Positions 55,231 to 64,000 of a stretch of DNA of 64,000 bases are shown here, piece by piece (position 1 is the stretch's first letter; each line of letters opens with the position of its first letter). The translations under genes and the position numbers were made by a program. The stretch is taken from contig JAIPJT010000007.1 in NCBI GenBank assembly GCA_021733985.1, positions 10,854 to 74,853 of the forward strand, in the 5' to 3' direction. The stretch comes from Victivallales bacterium. Its GTDB lineage: Bacteria > Verrucomicrobiota > Lentisphaeria > Victivallales > GWF2-38-69. Below the pieces are notes generated by a model that was given only the letters and a program-made list of their open reading frames with translations, did not search any database and was not told the origin of the DNA.

Positions 55231-57747
55231 TCACAAACTGTATGTATCAGTAATGTTTTTGATTAAAAGCTGATTTTGAAATTCATTTACAGATAAATGT
55301 TTTTCGGGCTTAACATTTACAGTGTAAGTCTCTCCTGCAGGGAGGTGGAAAAAGTTATCTTCATAATCGGCATTCATATTTTTGAGCTCAAACCATGTCC
55401 ATAGCGATGGGACATCTGAGGTGATTTTTACATTGAAGCTGTTTCTTCCGGCAGGGTTTACTTTGATCGAATATGCAGTTTTATGAAGTTTCAGGTGTTT
55501 CGGCCGTTTAAGCAGAACTAAGTTTGTAGAAACCGTTTTTTTATCTTTCTCAAGCTGAAGCCAAACAAGAATGTTGTTTGTTCTGAGTTTTTTTGCAGCT
55601 TTGACCGGATTAATGGTTCTTATTTTTTTAGAAGTCTGTTTGGTGACGGTTGCATTTATTGTTTCTTTATAGAAATTTTTCCCATACATATCAGTTACCG
55701 TAACAGTCGCTTTCAGTTTTTTGTCACTCAGGCGGTCGTTGACAATATATATGTCAATATCATTGTTTTCGTTTGTGAAGCCGCAGATGAGGTATTGCGA
55801 ATAGAATCTTTGTGCTTCGAAATGGAGGGCTTTCCAGCGACAGTAGTAGTCTATTGATGACCAGCTTGTCCCGGGCCAGGTATCATTAAGCTGCCAGTAA
55901 AGACTTCCCATAGTCCTGGGCATGTTTGTCCTCCAGTGTTCGACTGCATGTTTGATAGCCATTGCCTGAAGTATCTGCGAAACCCATACTGTATTTTCAA
56001 AGCCGTCCGGGAGTTTAAACCAGTCAAGCATATAGTGGATTATTGTTGAATTGCCTATATCTGAGCGCTGATGGTATTCCATTATATGGCTTGTAACATT
56101 TCTGTCGGGTGGCAGAGTGAAAGTTTCTATTGTTTTAGGTTCAGGAAATGACTGAAAGCCGAACTCACTTATAAAACGATGTTTGCAGGAGCAGTACCAC
56201 TCAAAAGGCTTTTTACCGTGCCAGACATCCCAGAGATGTGCGTCTCCGCAATCGGGGTTCTGGGGGTTGTATCTGTTGCCCGCAGAGGAATGCGGGCTTG
56301 AAGGCCAGTAATCAATTTCAGGAGAGAGTTCTTTTACGAGAGACGGAAGTAGTTCGTCAAAAAGTTTTTTATAGTCTTCCCGGCTCATTGTTTGCTCAGT
56401 CCATTTTTCTCCGACAGTACCCATTTCAAGTTCATTGTTGCCGCACCACAGAGCAAGGCAGGGGTGATTACTTATTCTTCTAATATTGCAGCGGACTTCT
56501 TCTTCAACGTTTTTAATAAAATTATCGTCGAATAAAGGGTATCCTGCGGAGGCAAACATAAAATCATGCCAGACTAGAAGGCCAAGTTCATCGCATGTAT
56601 CATAAAAGATATCTTTTTCATAAATACCGCCGCCCCAGAGACGGATCATATTCATATTGGCTTTTGCGGCGTCTCCAAGGAGTTTTTTATATTTATTATC
56701 CGGTATATTTGCAGGGATTGCGTCTGCAGGTATCCAGTTTGCGCCTTTCATAAAAATTTCTATTCCGTTTACAGAGAACTTAAAAGATTCCCCCCATTCA
56801 TCTTTTTGTCGAATAAGTCGGACAGTTCTAAGTCCGAAATGCTTTTTTAAGTTGTCTATAACGGCCCCTTTTTCATCGGCAAGTTCTGCTTTTACAGTAT
56901 AGAGATGCTGCCTCCCTAAGCCGTTTGGCCACCAGAGTTGTGGATTAGTAATAGTAAAGCTCCGTGAGAAAAAGCTCTTATCAGTCGAAGCAGTAAGTTC
57001 TGTTACAGTTTTATTCTCAAATTCGAGGTGAAGGCGAATAAAAATTTTTCTATTGTCAGGATTTTCAATATGCAGATTTACATCAAGGTCTACATCCCTG
57101 TTGTTATGGTTCTGTCCGATATAAATATCAGAAAATCTTACAGAGTCGTATGCTGTGATTTCTATATTTTTCCAAATGCCGCAAGTAAGCAGCATCGGCC
57201 CCCAGTCCCAGCCGAAATTGCACTGTTCTTTTCTTATCCAGCTTAAAGGGACATCAAGTTTATGCGGTTTATGATAAAACCAGTTTTGATCATAGCCTTC
57301 CTCCTGTCCGGCACAAGGAAGTTTTTTTACTTTTTCTCCAAGTTTTTTACAGTATTCATAAGCAGATTTAAAGAGTATGGAAATTTCGTTCTGCCCCGCA
57401 TTGAGGTATTCTTTTATATTCCATTCATATACCCTGAACATATTATCGCTTTCAGCGATTTTTTTTCCATTGATTTCTACTGTTGCCAAAGTATCAAGCC
57501 CTTCGCAGTGCAGAAGAATTATATCCGAACAAAGTAAACTTTTATCAATAAAAAAGCAGCGCGAATACAGCCAGTCCGATTTACCTATCCACTGCAATTC
57601 TTTTTCGTTATCCCTGTGGTAAGGATCAGGAATTTTTTTATTTCTTAATAAATCAGAGTATATGTCACCGGGAACGTTTGCGGGAATTACAAAATCAGTG
57701 TTAGCTTTCCTAACAGCCCATTCACCGTTTAGGGATAAATTTTTCAT
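55231..57747 (-). CDS. Beta-mannosidase (glycoside hydrolase family 2)
   Basis: NGEWAV, VPGDIYSDLL.., IPDPYHRDNE, NFGWDWGP, WCGNNE and EFGFQSFP motifs. 838 aa with no signal peptide. Confidence 0.85.
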   Translation of the reverse strand: MKNLSLNGEWAVRKANTDFVIPANVPGDIYSDLLRNKKIPDPYHRDNEKELQWIGKSDWLYSRCFFIDKSLLCSDIILLHCEGLDTLATVEINGKKIAESDNMFRVYEWNIKEYLNAGQNEISILFKSAYEYCKKLGEKVKKLPCAGQEEGYDQNWFYHKPHKLDVPLSWIRKEQCNFGWDWGPMLLTCGIWKNIEITAYDSVRFSDIYIGQNHNNRDVDLDVNLHIENPDNRKIFIRLHLEFENKTVTELTASTDKSFFSRSFTITNPQLWWPNGLGRQHLYTVKAELADEKGAVIDNLKKHFGLRTVRLIRQKDEWGESFKFSVNGIEIFMKGANWIPADAIPANIPDNKYKKLLGDAAKANMNMIRLWGGGIYEKDIFYDTCDELGLLVWHDFMFASAGYPLFDDNFIKNVEEEVRCNIRRISNHPCLALWCGNNELEMGTVGEKWTEQTMSREDYKKLFDELLPSLVKELSPEIDYWPSSPHSSAGNRYNPQNPDCGDAHLWDVWHGKKPFEWYCSCKHRFISEFGFQSFPEPKTIETFTLPPDRNVTSHIMEYHQRSDIGNSTIIHYMLDWFKLPDGFENTVWVSQILQAMAIKHAVEHWRTNMPRTMGSLYWQLNDTWPGTSWSSIDYYCRWKALHFEAQRFYSQYLICGFTNENNDIDIYIVNDRLSDKKLKATVTVTDMYGKNFYKETINATVTKQTSKKIRTINPVKAAKKLRTNNILVWLQLEKDKKTVSTNLVLLKRPKHLKLHKTAYSIKVNPAGRNSFNVKITSDVPSLWTWFELKNMNADYEDNFFHLPAGETYTVNVKPEKHLSVNEFQNQLLIKNITDTYSL

Positions 57748-57799
57748 AGTACTTAAGCCTGTTTATGTAGTTATATAAAGTTTAAATCTTTGAATAAAA

Positions 57800-59206
57800 T
57801 TATAAGCCCAATTTATCAAAGGCATCTGAAATAGTGTTAACAAAAGTATCCTCGTTGGTTCGTTCCCTTTTAAATGCTCTAAAATCCGCTTCTTCAGCGT
57901 TTTCAAGGTTTTCCGGCAGTGTCAGAGATATTTTATCACCTTCAATAGCTTTTACAACAACATCTATTTCTGAACCTACAGGGTATTTTTTATTGAGTTC
58001 TTTCAATGAAATATCCACGTCCGTCGGTTTTTTTATTTCACTGATATGCAGCAGCCCTTTTTTGAGAGGGTTAAGCCTGACAAAAATGCCGAAACTTTTC
58101 ATTCCCTCTATTGTTCCTCTATATCTACAATTAATTTCTATAATATCAGGTATTGCAGTATTTTTTGTTCCGTCGCTGTTTAATGAAAAGTCTCTTGCAA
58201 GTGAGATTTTCCTTGCAGCGGTATCAACTTCCTCAATTATAACGTTTATATCATCACCTACAGAAACTGCATCTTTTGCATGGTGTATGCGCTTACCCGG
58301 AGTAAGTTTTGAAATATGTATAAGCCCGCTTATCCCCTTTTCCAATTCAGCGAAAGCACCGAAGTCTGCAAGGCTTACAACTTTAGCTTTCACTGATTTA
58401 CCCTGGGGGTATTTTTCTGCGATATCATCCCAGGATAAACCGGCACTTTTAAGACTCAAAGTAATTTTATTACTGTCCCAGTCGAGAGCTTTAACTTCAA
58501 CTTTTACTCTGTCAGCTATTGATACAATATCTTCCGGTTTGTCAATTCTTCCCCAGGCAAGTTCTGAAACAGGTATGAATCCTTCTACATAATCCAGGTC
58601 TACAAAGACACCGAAGGGCTTTATATTTATTACAGTGCCCTCAATGATATCGCCAATTTCCAAAACTTCTTTAAGTGTTTCAAGCTTTTTTGATTTTTCT
58701 CTTTCTATTAGCTTTCTCCTGGATACGACAATATTAAAACGGTTCATTTCTGTTATGAGAAAAGTAAAACTGTTCCCGATATAATCTTCAGGCTGTCCGG
58801 GATGTGTATCTATTTGTGAGTATGGACAGAAAGCGTCCCTGTCAGCTATTTTTACGGAATATCCGCCTTTTCTTTCTGAGGTGACTTTTCCTTCAACGGG
58901 TATTCCGCTTTCATATGCTTCATCAAGATGGCGGCTGATAGTTTTGCCGGTCATTTTTACTGTTAGAGAAATTTCGCCATGTTTGTCTGATACAAAATAT
59001 GCCTCTATGATGTCACTTTCCTTTACGGTAAGGTTTCCTTCTTTGTCGAGGAGTTCTTCTCTGTTAATAATTCCTTCGCTTTTCGCATTTATATCGACAA
59101 AAATAGACCTTCTGTCTATTGCAACAATTTCTCCTTTAACTTTTTCTCCGGGAGTGAAATTTATATTAAGTTTATCTATACTTCTGTTAAAATCATTAAA
59201 GTCCAT
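57800..59206 (-). CDS. rpsA: S1 RNA-binding-domain protein, probable 30S ribosomal protein S1
   Basis: Five or six tandem S1/OB repeats (G..V.G.V....FG.FV.L..G..GL.H.S). The N-terminus resembles RpsA. 468 aa is shorter than the proteobacterial S1. Confidence 0.7.
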   Translation of the reverse strand: MDFNDFNRSIDKLNINFTPGEKVKGEIVAIDRRSIFVDINAKSEGIINREELLDKEGNLTVKESDIIEAYFVSDKHGEISLTVKMTGKTISRHLDEAYESGIPVEGKVTSERKGGYSVKIADRDAFCPYSQIDTHPGQPEDYIGNSFTFLITEMNRFNIVVSRRKLIEREKSKKLETLKEVLEIGDIIEGTVINIKPFGVFVDLDYVEGFIPVSELAWGRIDKPEDIVSIADRVKVEVKALDWDSNKITLSLKSAGLSWDDIAEKYPQGKSVKAKVVSLADFGAFAELEKGISGLIHISKLTPGKRIHHAKDAVSVGDDINVIIEEVDTAARKISLARDFSLNSDGTKNTAIPDIIEINCRYRGTIEGMKSFGIFVRLNPLKKGLLHISEIKKPTDVDISLKELNKKYPVGSEIDVVVKAIEGDKISLTLPENLENAEEADFRAFKRERTNEDTFVNTISDAFDKLGL

Positions 59207-59456
59207 AATTATACCTAAAAAGCTTGTTAAATAAAAGAATATTAGAATTAACTGGCCTGACCGGCGTGAGATAAATTAGATATTGCACGAAAGAGTTTTA
59301 TCCCGGCCATATTTCTTGAAGCAGAGCAAGAAGTCTTTCCGTGTAATATCCAATTTACTGATCACCACCGGTAAAGTCCATTACAAATACTTAAAATAGC
59401 TTAGAGATATAAAAATTCAATTATATAAATTAATTCTAAAAAATTTATTTGAAATA

Positions 59457-59485
59457 TTGAAAGTGAAGAGAATTATTATTAATAT
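59457..59485 (+). promoter_or_regulatory. Candidate sigma-70-type promoter of the rib leader
   Basis: TTGAAA (59457-59462), 17-nt spacer, TAATAT (59480-59485), about 20 nt upstream of the riboswitch P1 stem. Confidence 0.3.
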
Positions 59486-59504
59486 AATGTATAAAATAAA
59501 TAGA

Positions 59505-59693
59505 ATATAGTCTTTGGGGCCGGGTGAGGCTTACTTAGCGATAAACGGTTAGTTTTAGTGACTGACGGCTGTTATTTACAGTAAAGCCAATTCCCAACCG
59601 GCGGTTAAAGCCCGCGAGATTGAAGCTTATGCAGATATCATGATTCAGTGAAATCCTGAAGCCGGCAGTAAAGTCTGAACGGGAAAAGATTAT
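59505..59693 (+). promoter_or_regulatory. FMN riboswitch (RFN element)
   Basis: Conserved RFN blocks are present: TCTTTGGGGCCGGGTGA, TTCCCAACCGGCGGT, AAGCCCGCGAG, GATTCAGTGAAATCCTGAAGCCGGCAGTAAAGTCTGAACGGGAAAAGA. P1 pairs ATAGTCTTT with AAAGATTAT. It lies upstream of ribBA. Confidence 0.85.
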
Positions 59694-59740
59694 GTTAATT
59701 GCTGTTGAAATTATTACCAGTATTTAACTGCAGATATGAG

Positions 59741-59776
59741 AAGGCACCCCGGGCTGTTCGCGGTGCCTTTTCTGTT
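59741..59776 (+). terminator. Riboswitch expression-platform terminator
   Basis: AAGGCACC-ccgggctgttcgc-GGTGCCTT followed by TTCTGTT. It sits between the aptamer and the ribBA start. Confidence 0.6.
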
Positions 59777-59843
59777 GCTACTTCTTTTCAATTTCCCGAG
59801 ACTGCGTATATAGAAATAAATTATATCCGTAGATGGAGGAAAA

Positions 59844-61085
59844 ATGTTTAATACAACAGAAGAACTTATCGGTGAGATAAACAAGGGGAATATGATAATT
59901 CTTCTTGATGACGAGTCAAGAGAAAATGAAGGGGATTTAATTTTTGCGGCAAAGTTTGCCGATGCTGAAAAAATAAATTTTATGATAAAAAACGCAGGAG
60001 GATTGATTTGTGTACCTTCTGAACAAAAAGTTCTCGAAAAATTATCGCTGAATCAGATGACTGAAGATAATACCGAGAGCCATAGTACTGCTTTCACTGT
60101 ATCTGTAGATGCTGCTGAAGGGATAACCTCCGGGATTTCCGCTTCTGATCGGGCAGCTACTGCAAAACTGTTATCGGAAAAGTCCAGCGCTGCGGAGGAT
60201 TTTGTAAAACCGGGGCATATGTTTCCTTTATGCGCAAAAGATAACGGCGTATTTGAGAGACAGGGCCATACCGAGGCAGCTGTTGACTTTGTAAAATTAG
60301 CCGGTATAGATCCGGCAGTAGGGGTGATTTGTGAGATAATTAAAGATGACGGTGAAATGGCCAGAAGAGATGACCTACTCAAGTTTGCAGAAAAATACAG
60401 TCTTAAAATCGGAACGATTAAAGACCTGGTGGAATATAGAAAAAGAAATGAAAAAAAACTGGAACTCGAAGCCGAGACTGTGCTTCCTATTAAAAATTTA
60501 GGAGAATGGGGAATAAAAATTTACAGAAATATTTATGACGGAAGAGAAAATATTGTACTGGTCAAAGGCTCGGATTTCACAGATAAAACTGCCCTTGTAA
60601 GGATTCATTCAGAGTGTTTTACAGGAGATGTTTTAGGTTCGGACAAGTGTGACTGCAGTGATCAGCTGCACAGATCCCTTGAGGCTGTAAATAATGCCGG
60701 AGCGGGCGCTGTTATTTACTTGAGACAGGAGGGCAGGGGGATAGGCCTGATAAATAAAATAAAAGCCTATCAGCTTCAGAATAATGGATATGATACTGCA
60801 GAAGCTAATTTAAAGCTTGGATTCGGCGAAGATCTCAGGGAATATTCAGAAGCTGCCGAGATTTTAAAAAAACTCAATATAAAGAGGGTCAGGCTTATTA
60901 CTAACAATAAAGATAAGATTGACGGGCTTATTTATAATGGAATTGAAGTTGTTGGACAGGTTATCCTCCCCGCCAAAATAACGAAGGGTAATAAAAAATA
61001 CCTGGATACGAAAAAAGAGAAATTCGGACACAGTATAATAGAATACAATCTTGATAATGAATATACTAAAATAAAGGAAAGATAA
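59844..61085 (+). CDS. ribBA: Bifunctional 3,4-dihydroxy-2-butanone-4-phosphate synthase / GTP cyclohydrolase II
   Basis: [12 protein letters not shown] and GHTEAAVD (DHBPS). [17 protein letters not shown] and [11 protein letters not shown] (GCH II). GGAGG SD. Confidence 0.9.
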   Translation: MFNTTEELIGEINKGNMIILLDDESRENEGDLIFAAKFADAEKINFMIKNAGGLICVPSEQKVLEKLSLNQMTEDNTESHSTAFTVSVDAAEGITSGISASDRAATAKLLSEKSSAAEDFVKPGHMFPLCAKDNGVFERQGHTEAAVDFVKLAGIDPAVGVICEIIKDDGEMARRDDLLKFAEKYSLKIGTIKDLVEYRKRNEKKLELEAETVLPIKNLGEWGIKIYRNIYDGRENIVLVKGSDFTDKTALVRIHSECFTGDVLGSDKCDCSDQLHRSLEAVNNAGAGAVIYLRQEGRGIGLINKIKAYQLQNNGYDTAEANLKLGFGEDLREYSEAAEILKKLNIKRVRLITNNKDKIDGLIYNGIEVVGQVILPAKITKGNKKYLDTKKEKFGHSIIEYNLDNEYTKIKER

Positions 61086-61549
61086 TGGCTAATATTTATC
61101 AGGGAAAAATTAATGCCGAAGGCAAGAAATTCGGAATAGTTGTACCCAGATTCAATGAATTTATAACAAAACAGCTTTTAAACGGTGCAATTGACAAGAT
61201 TATTAGAACCGGCGGGGAAGAAAACCATATTGATGTGTACTGGGTCCCGGGTTCTTTTGAAATACCATCAGCATGTCAGAAACTGGCTTTCAGTAAAAAA
61301 TATAATGCTGTTATCGCTTTAGGCGCTGTAATAAGGGGGGATACAGCTCATTACGATTTAGTATGCAATGAAGTCGCTAAAGGTGTAGCAAAAGTTTCTC
61401 TTGATTCGGGGCTGCCTGTAATTTTCGGTGTAATTACTACTGATACAATAGAACAGGCCGTGGAGCGTGCCGGTACTAAATCTGGAAATAAAGGGGCTGA
61501 TGCCGCGGAATCTGCAATTGAGATGGCAAACCTGTTCAATGAGTTTTAA
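61085..61549 (+). CDS. ribH: 6,7-dimethyl-8-ribityllumazine synthase
   Basis: [34 protein letters not shown] and GVITT motifs. 154 aa. Confidence 0.9.
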   Translation: MANIYQGKINAEGKKFGIVVPRFNEFITKQLLNGAIDKIIRTGGEENHIDVYWVPGSFEIPSACQKLAFSKKYNAVIALGAVIRGDTAHYDLVCNEVAKGVAKVSLDSGLPVIFGVITTDTIEQAVERAGTKSGNKGADAAESAIEMANLFNEF

Positions 61550-62636
61550 AGATGAGAAATATATGGCCCTGGCCCTGAGGGAAGCCGGAAAAGGTAAGGG
61601 TTTTGTAAAGACAAATCCTGTTGTTGGAGCAGTCATTGTAAAAAATAACAGGGTTATATCTAAAGGTTATCATAAAGATTTTGGCGGTATGCATGCCGAA
61701 GTTGATGCTATTTCAAATAGTTCCGAAAACCCCGGGGGAGCTGTATTGTATGTTACTCTTGAGCCGTGTTCAACTTACGGAAAAACACCGCCATGCACAG
61801 AGGCAATAATTAAAAATAAAATCCGGAAAGTAGTGATTGGAACACTGGATCCTAATCCGAAGCATAATGGAAAAGCAGTTGAAATCCTTAAGAAAAATAA
61901 TATTGAAGTTGTTTGCGGTGTTTTAGAACAGAAATGCCGAAAATTAATTAGACCTTTCGCTGTAGGCATAAAGGAAAATAGACCATATGTGATATTAAAA
62001 CTTGCGTTAACGCTTGATGGAAAAACAGCTGCTGGAAACGGTGACTCCAAATGGATTACAAATTATGCTTCCAGAAAAGCAGTACATAAGTTAAGACATG
62101 AAACTGATGCTGTAATGGTGGGCAAGAGAACAGCTCTGAAAGACAATCCGTCTCTAACAGTAAGGCATATTCCTGCCCTGCGACAGCCGGATAGAATTGT
62201 GATAAATAATAAACTGGACATTTCAACTGAACAAAAAATATTTGATACTTCAAAGAACGAAAGAATATATATTCTGACAAAATCAAAAGACGAAAATAGA
62301 AAAAAAATATTTAAAGAGAAAAAAAATTTAGTACTGATTGATGACTATAGTACGATAAAAGACGCTCTCAAACAACTTTACAAAAATTACAATATAGGTA
62401 GCGTGCTGCTTGAAGGAGGAAGTACGCTTGCCGCTTCTTTTTTTAGAGAAAAGATTATTGATAAAATTTACATTTTCTATGCGCCCAAAATAATAGGCCG
62501 GGAAGGGGTTAGTGCTGTCGGAACTCTAAAGATAGAATCGATGAAAGAAGCAGTTAATTTTAAAAATGCCGAGTTTCGTGTGCTGGAAGGAGGAGATTTT
62601 CTATTTGAAGGGGAGACGGACTATTTTTATGATTAA
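61539..62636 (+). CDS. ribD: Riboflavin biosynthesis protein RibD (deaminase/reductase)
   Basis: HAEVDA..(21)..[11 protein letters not shown] deaminase motif plus a C-terminal reductase domain. The start is placed at [19 protein letters not shown], overlapping the ribH 3' end. The ORF track starts further upstream. Confidence 0.9.
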   Translation: MSFKDEKYMALALREAGKGKGFVKTNPVVGAVIVKNNRVISKGYHKDFGGMHAEVDAISNSSENPGGAVLYVTLEPCSTYGKTPPCTEAIIKNKIRKVVIGTLDPNPKHNGKAVEILKKNNIEVVCGVLEQKCRKLIRPFAVGIKENRPYVILKLALTLDGKTAAGNGDSKWITNYASRKAVHKLRHETDAVMVGKRTALKDNPSLTVRHIPALRQPDRIVINNKLDISTEQKIFDTSKNERIYILTKSKDENRKKIFKEKKNLVLIDDYSTIKDALKQLYKNYNIGSVLLEGGSTLAASFFREKIIDKIYIFYAPKIIGREGVSAVGTLKIESMKEAVNFKNAEFRVLEGGDFLFEGETDYFYD

Positions 62637-62829
62637 TGTTATCAGTAATCAGTGAATAGTGGCAATATCTGCGGATTTAGGACACATACCATGTGTCCCT
62701 CCAGCATCTTCGGTTACGGCTATGCTTACTAAAAGTTAATGCATCTATTGATCTTAACCTAAATTAAAGAATACGTGCTGAAAGGCCGGCTGACAGCCGG
62801 CCTACTCATCAATTATTAATGACAAATTG

Positions 62830-62929
62830 GATTAAGATCAAGATTAAGGACCAGGATTAAGGATCAGGATTAAGGATCAGGATTAAGATCAGGATTAGGG
62901 TAAGATTGAGAATAAGGACAGGAGTAAGG
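62830..62929 (+). repeat. Tandem array of about 8 degenerate 13-nt units (GATTAAGGATCAG) rich in AGGA motifs
   Basis: Units begin at 62830, 62842, 62855, 62868, 62881, 62893, 62904 and 62917, and two are identical. Nine AGGA motifs occur in about 80 nt. The array ends 6 nt before the ribE ATG. Confidence 0.8.
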
Positions 62930-62935
62930 TTAAAT

Positions 62936-63571
62936 ATGTTTACAGGACTGATTGAGAAGCAGGGGGTTCTGCGAAGTAAAATCTTTAAAAAGAATATGTA
63001 TGAAATTACTTTCACTGTCAAACAAAACTGGCAGGATTTGGAAATAGGGGAAAGTATTGCTGTGGACGGTGTATGCCTGACGGCTAAAAAATTTGATGCA
63101 GATTCTTTTGTGGCTGATATTTCCCTGCCGACGCTTAAAGATACTACACTAAGTAAACTTAAAAACGGTTCAAAAGTAAACCTGGAAAGGAGTTTGAAAG
63201 TTGGCGGAAGACTTGGAGGCCATATTGTTCAGGGACATGTCGACGGTACCGGGAGGATTTTGTCTGTAAGAACACATGATAATAATATTACTGTAAAGAT
63301 TGCTCCAAACAGGAAACTGCTCGAGCTGATTATACTTAAAGCTTCTATTGCGGTAAACGGTGTCAGCCTTACTGTACAGGATAAACAGGCCGATTCATTC
63401 TCAGTAGTAATCATTCCGCATTCTGCTGAAAATACAAATCTCCCGGCTTTGAAAACAGGTGACAGTGTTAATATTGAAATTGATGTACTTGCAAAATACG
63501 TGAAGCATTTCTTAAATAGCGGCCGGCAGGAAAATTCCTTAAAGAGTTTAGTGCAGGCATTTACTGATTAA
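62936..63571 (+). CDS. ribE: Riboflavin synthase (alpha chain)
   Basis: MFTGLIE... start and two lumazine-binding repeats (SIAVDGVCLT, SIAVNGVSLT). The ORF-track TTG start at 62906 lies inside the tandem repeat and is rejected. Confidence 0.9.
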   Translation: MFTGLIEKQGVLRSKIFKKNMYEITFTVKQNWQDLEIGESIAVDGVCLTAKKFDADSFVADISLPTLKDTTLSKLKNGSKVNLERSLKVGGRLGGHIVQGHVDGTGRILSVRTHDNNITVKIAPNRKLLELIILKASIAVNGVSLTVQDKQADSFSVVIIPHSAENTNLPALKTGDSVNIEIDVLAKYVKHFLNSGRQENSLKSLVQAFTD

Positions 63572-63770
63572 TATTTGCTTTTTGTAGCAGGATGAAAACT
63601 GTGTAGTCCTTTCACACTAATGCGTGTAGCTGCTATTGGAAGAAAAACATTTACATCAGCTTTTCCAGCTCAACAGTTAATAGGTAAAAATTGATGCTTA
63701 CATAAACATACATAGCAAGTATTAAAAACCAGGCAGAAGGTTTGTTCACTCGTGATGAACTTAGTTGTGT

Positions 63771-64000
63771 TCATCGGGAAAAGTATTTTTTTAACAGGCC
63801 GCCTAAAGATATTATCAAACAGCAGATAATTGAGAGGTTTGATATATTTTCAAAACCGGGAATTAATAAATTTTCCGGAGCTATAGAAAGCGAAGATAAA
63901 TTTTTATAGGCTAAATCACCCGGCAAAGTTACCCTGAAAACTGTCGCAAAAAGACAGACACCCGTTGCCATGCCAATTCTTACCACAAATTTTGCAAGTG
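63771..64000 (-). CDS. C-terminal part of a hypothetical (possibly membrane) protein, truncated by window edge
   Basis: The minus-strand frame is open from the window end to the stop at 63771. The hydrophobic segments have no recognisable motif. Confidence 0.25.
   Translation of the reverse strand, partial: LAKFVVRIGMATGVCLFATVFRVTLPGDLAYKNLSSLSIAPENLLIPGFENISNLSIICCLIISLGGLLKKYFSR

Noticed and set aside
57834-58592. 252-aa plus-strand ORF in the ORF track
   Set aside because: It is antisense to the S1-domain gene. Its Ser/Leu/Phe-rich composition is characteristic of the reverse frame of a coding sequence, and there is no independent support.
62830-62929. Tandem 13-nt repeats as a possible CRISPR array
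   Set aside because: The units are contiguous with no spacers, are far shorter than CRISPR repeats, and no cas genes are present.
1-64000. In-frame TGA (selenocysteine) genes, prompted by the presence of selA
   Set aside because: All recognised genes have family-typical lengths. I found no pair of adjacent same-frame ORFs separated by a single TGA, so no selenoprotein candidate can be supported in this window.

Overview
This is an AT-rich bacterial chromosomal segment, roughly one-third G+C by eye (not computed). It is densely packed with about 57 protein-coding genes, most of them housekeeping. These include topA (partial), nagA, coaE-rho, rubrerythrin, recX, lepA, lepB, lnt, selA, trpF, rpoZ, an acyl-CoA dehydrogenase with etfBA, queH, mlaA, leuA, galE, recO, priA, zupT, a GH2 beta-mannosidase and an S1-domain protein. 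An FMN-riboswitch-controlled ribBA-ribH-ribD operon is followed by ribE. The gene content (Lnt, MlaA, lipoproteins, rubrerythrin, Etf/ACAD, Fe-ADH, B12-radical SAM, SelA) suggests a diderm, probably anaerobic, selenocysteine-using organism. The phylum cannot be determined from the sequence alone. I saw no rRNA, tRNA, CRISPR array, transposase, integrase or recognisable defence or toxin-antitoxin system. The most unusual content lies in the intergenic DNA, which carries a mosaic population of small dispersed repeats. (i) A 178-bp MITE-like element has 19-bp terminal inverted repeats and a 10-bp flanking direct duplication, with truncated relatives elsewhere. (ii) A ~100-nt repeat has a 3' end that lies on the start codons of queH and priA, with further copies before an LRAT-like gene and over the stop codon of a Zn-peptidase gene. 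(iii) A second inverted-repeat-bearing element occurs in two inverted copies plus solo ends. (iv) An array of about eight degenerate 13-nt units carries nine AGGA motifs directly upstream of ribE, resembling a Csr/Rsm-type binding array. Gene-level oddities include a tandem pair of orphan membrane-fusion-protein-like paralogues, an LRAT-ABM-ADH operon, and a membrane protein translationally coupled to a B12-radical SAM enzyme. Others are a Zn-ribbon/poly-acidic mini-protein after rho, a recO with no canonical start codon, and a REC-GGDEF protein lacking the phospho-acceptor Asp. All functional calls rest on motif recognition by eye, with no database search.
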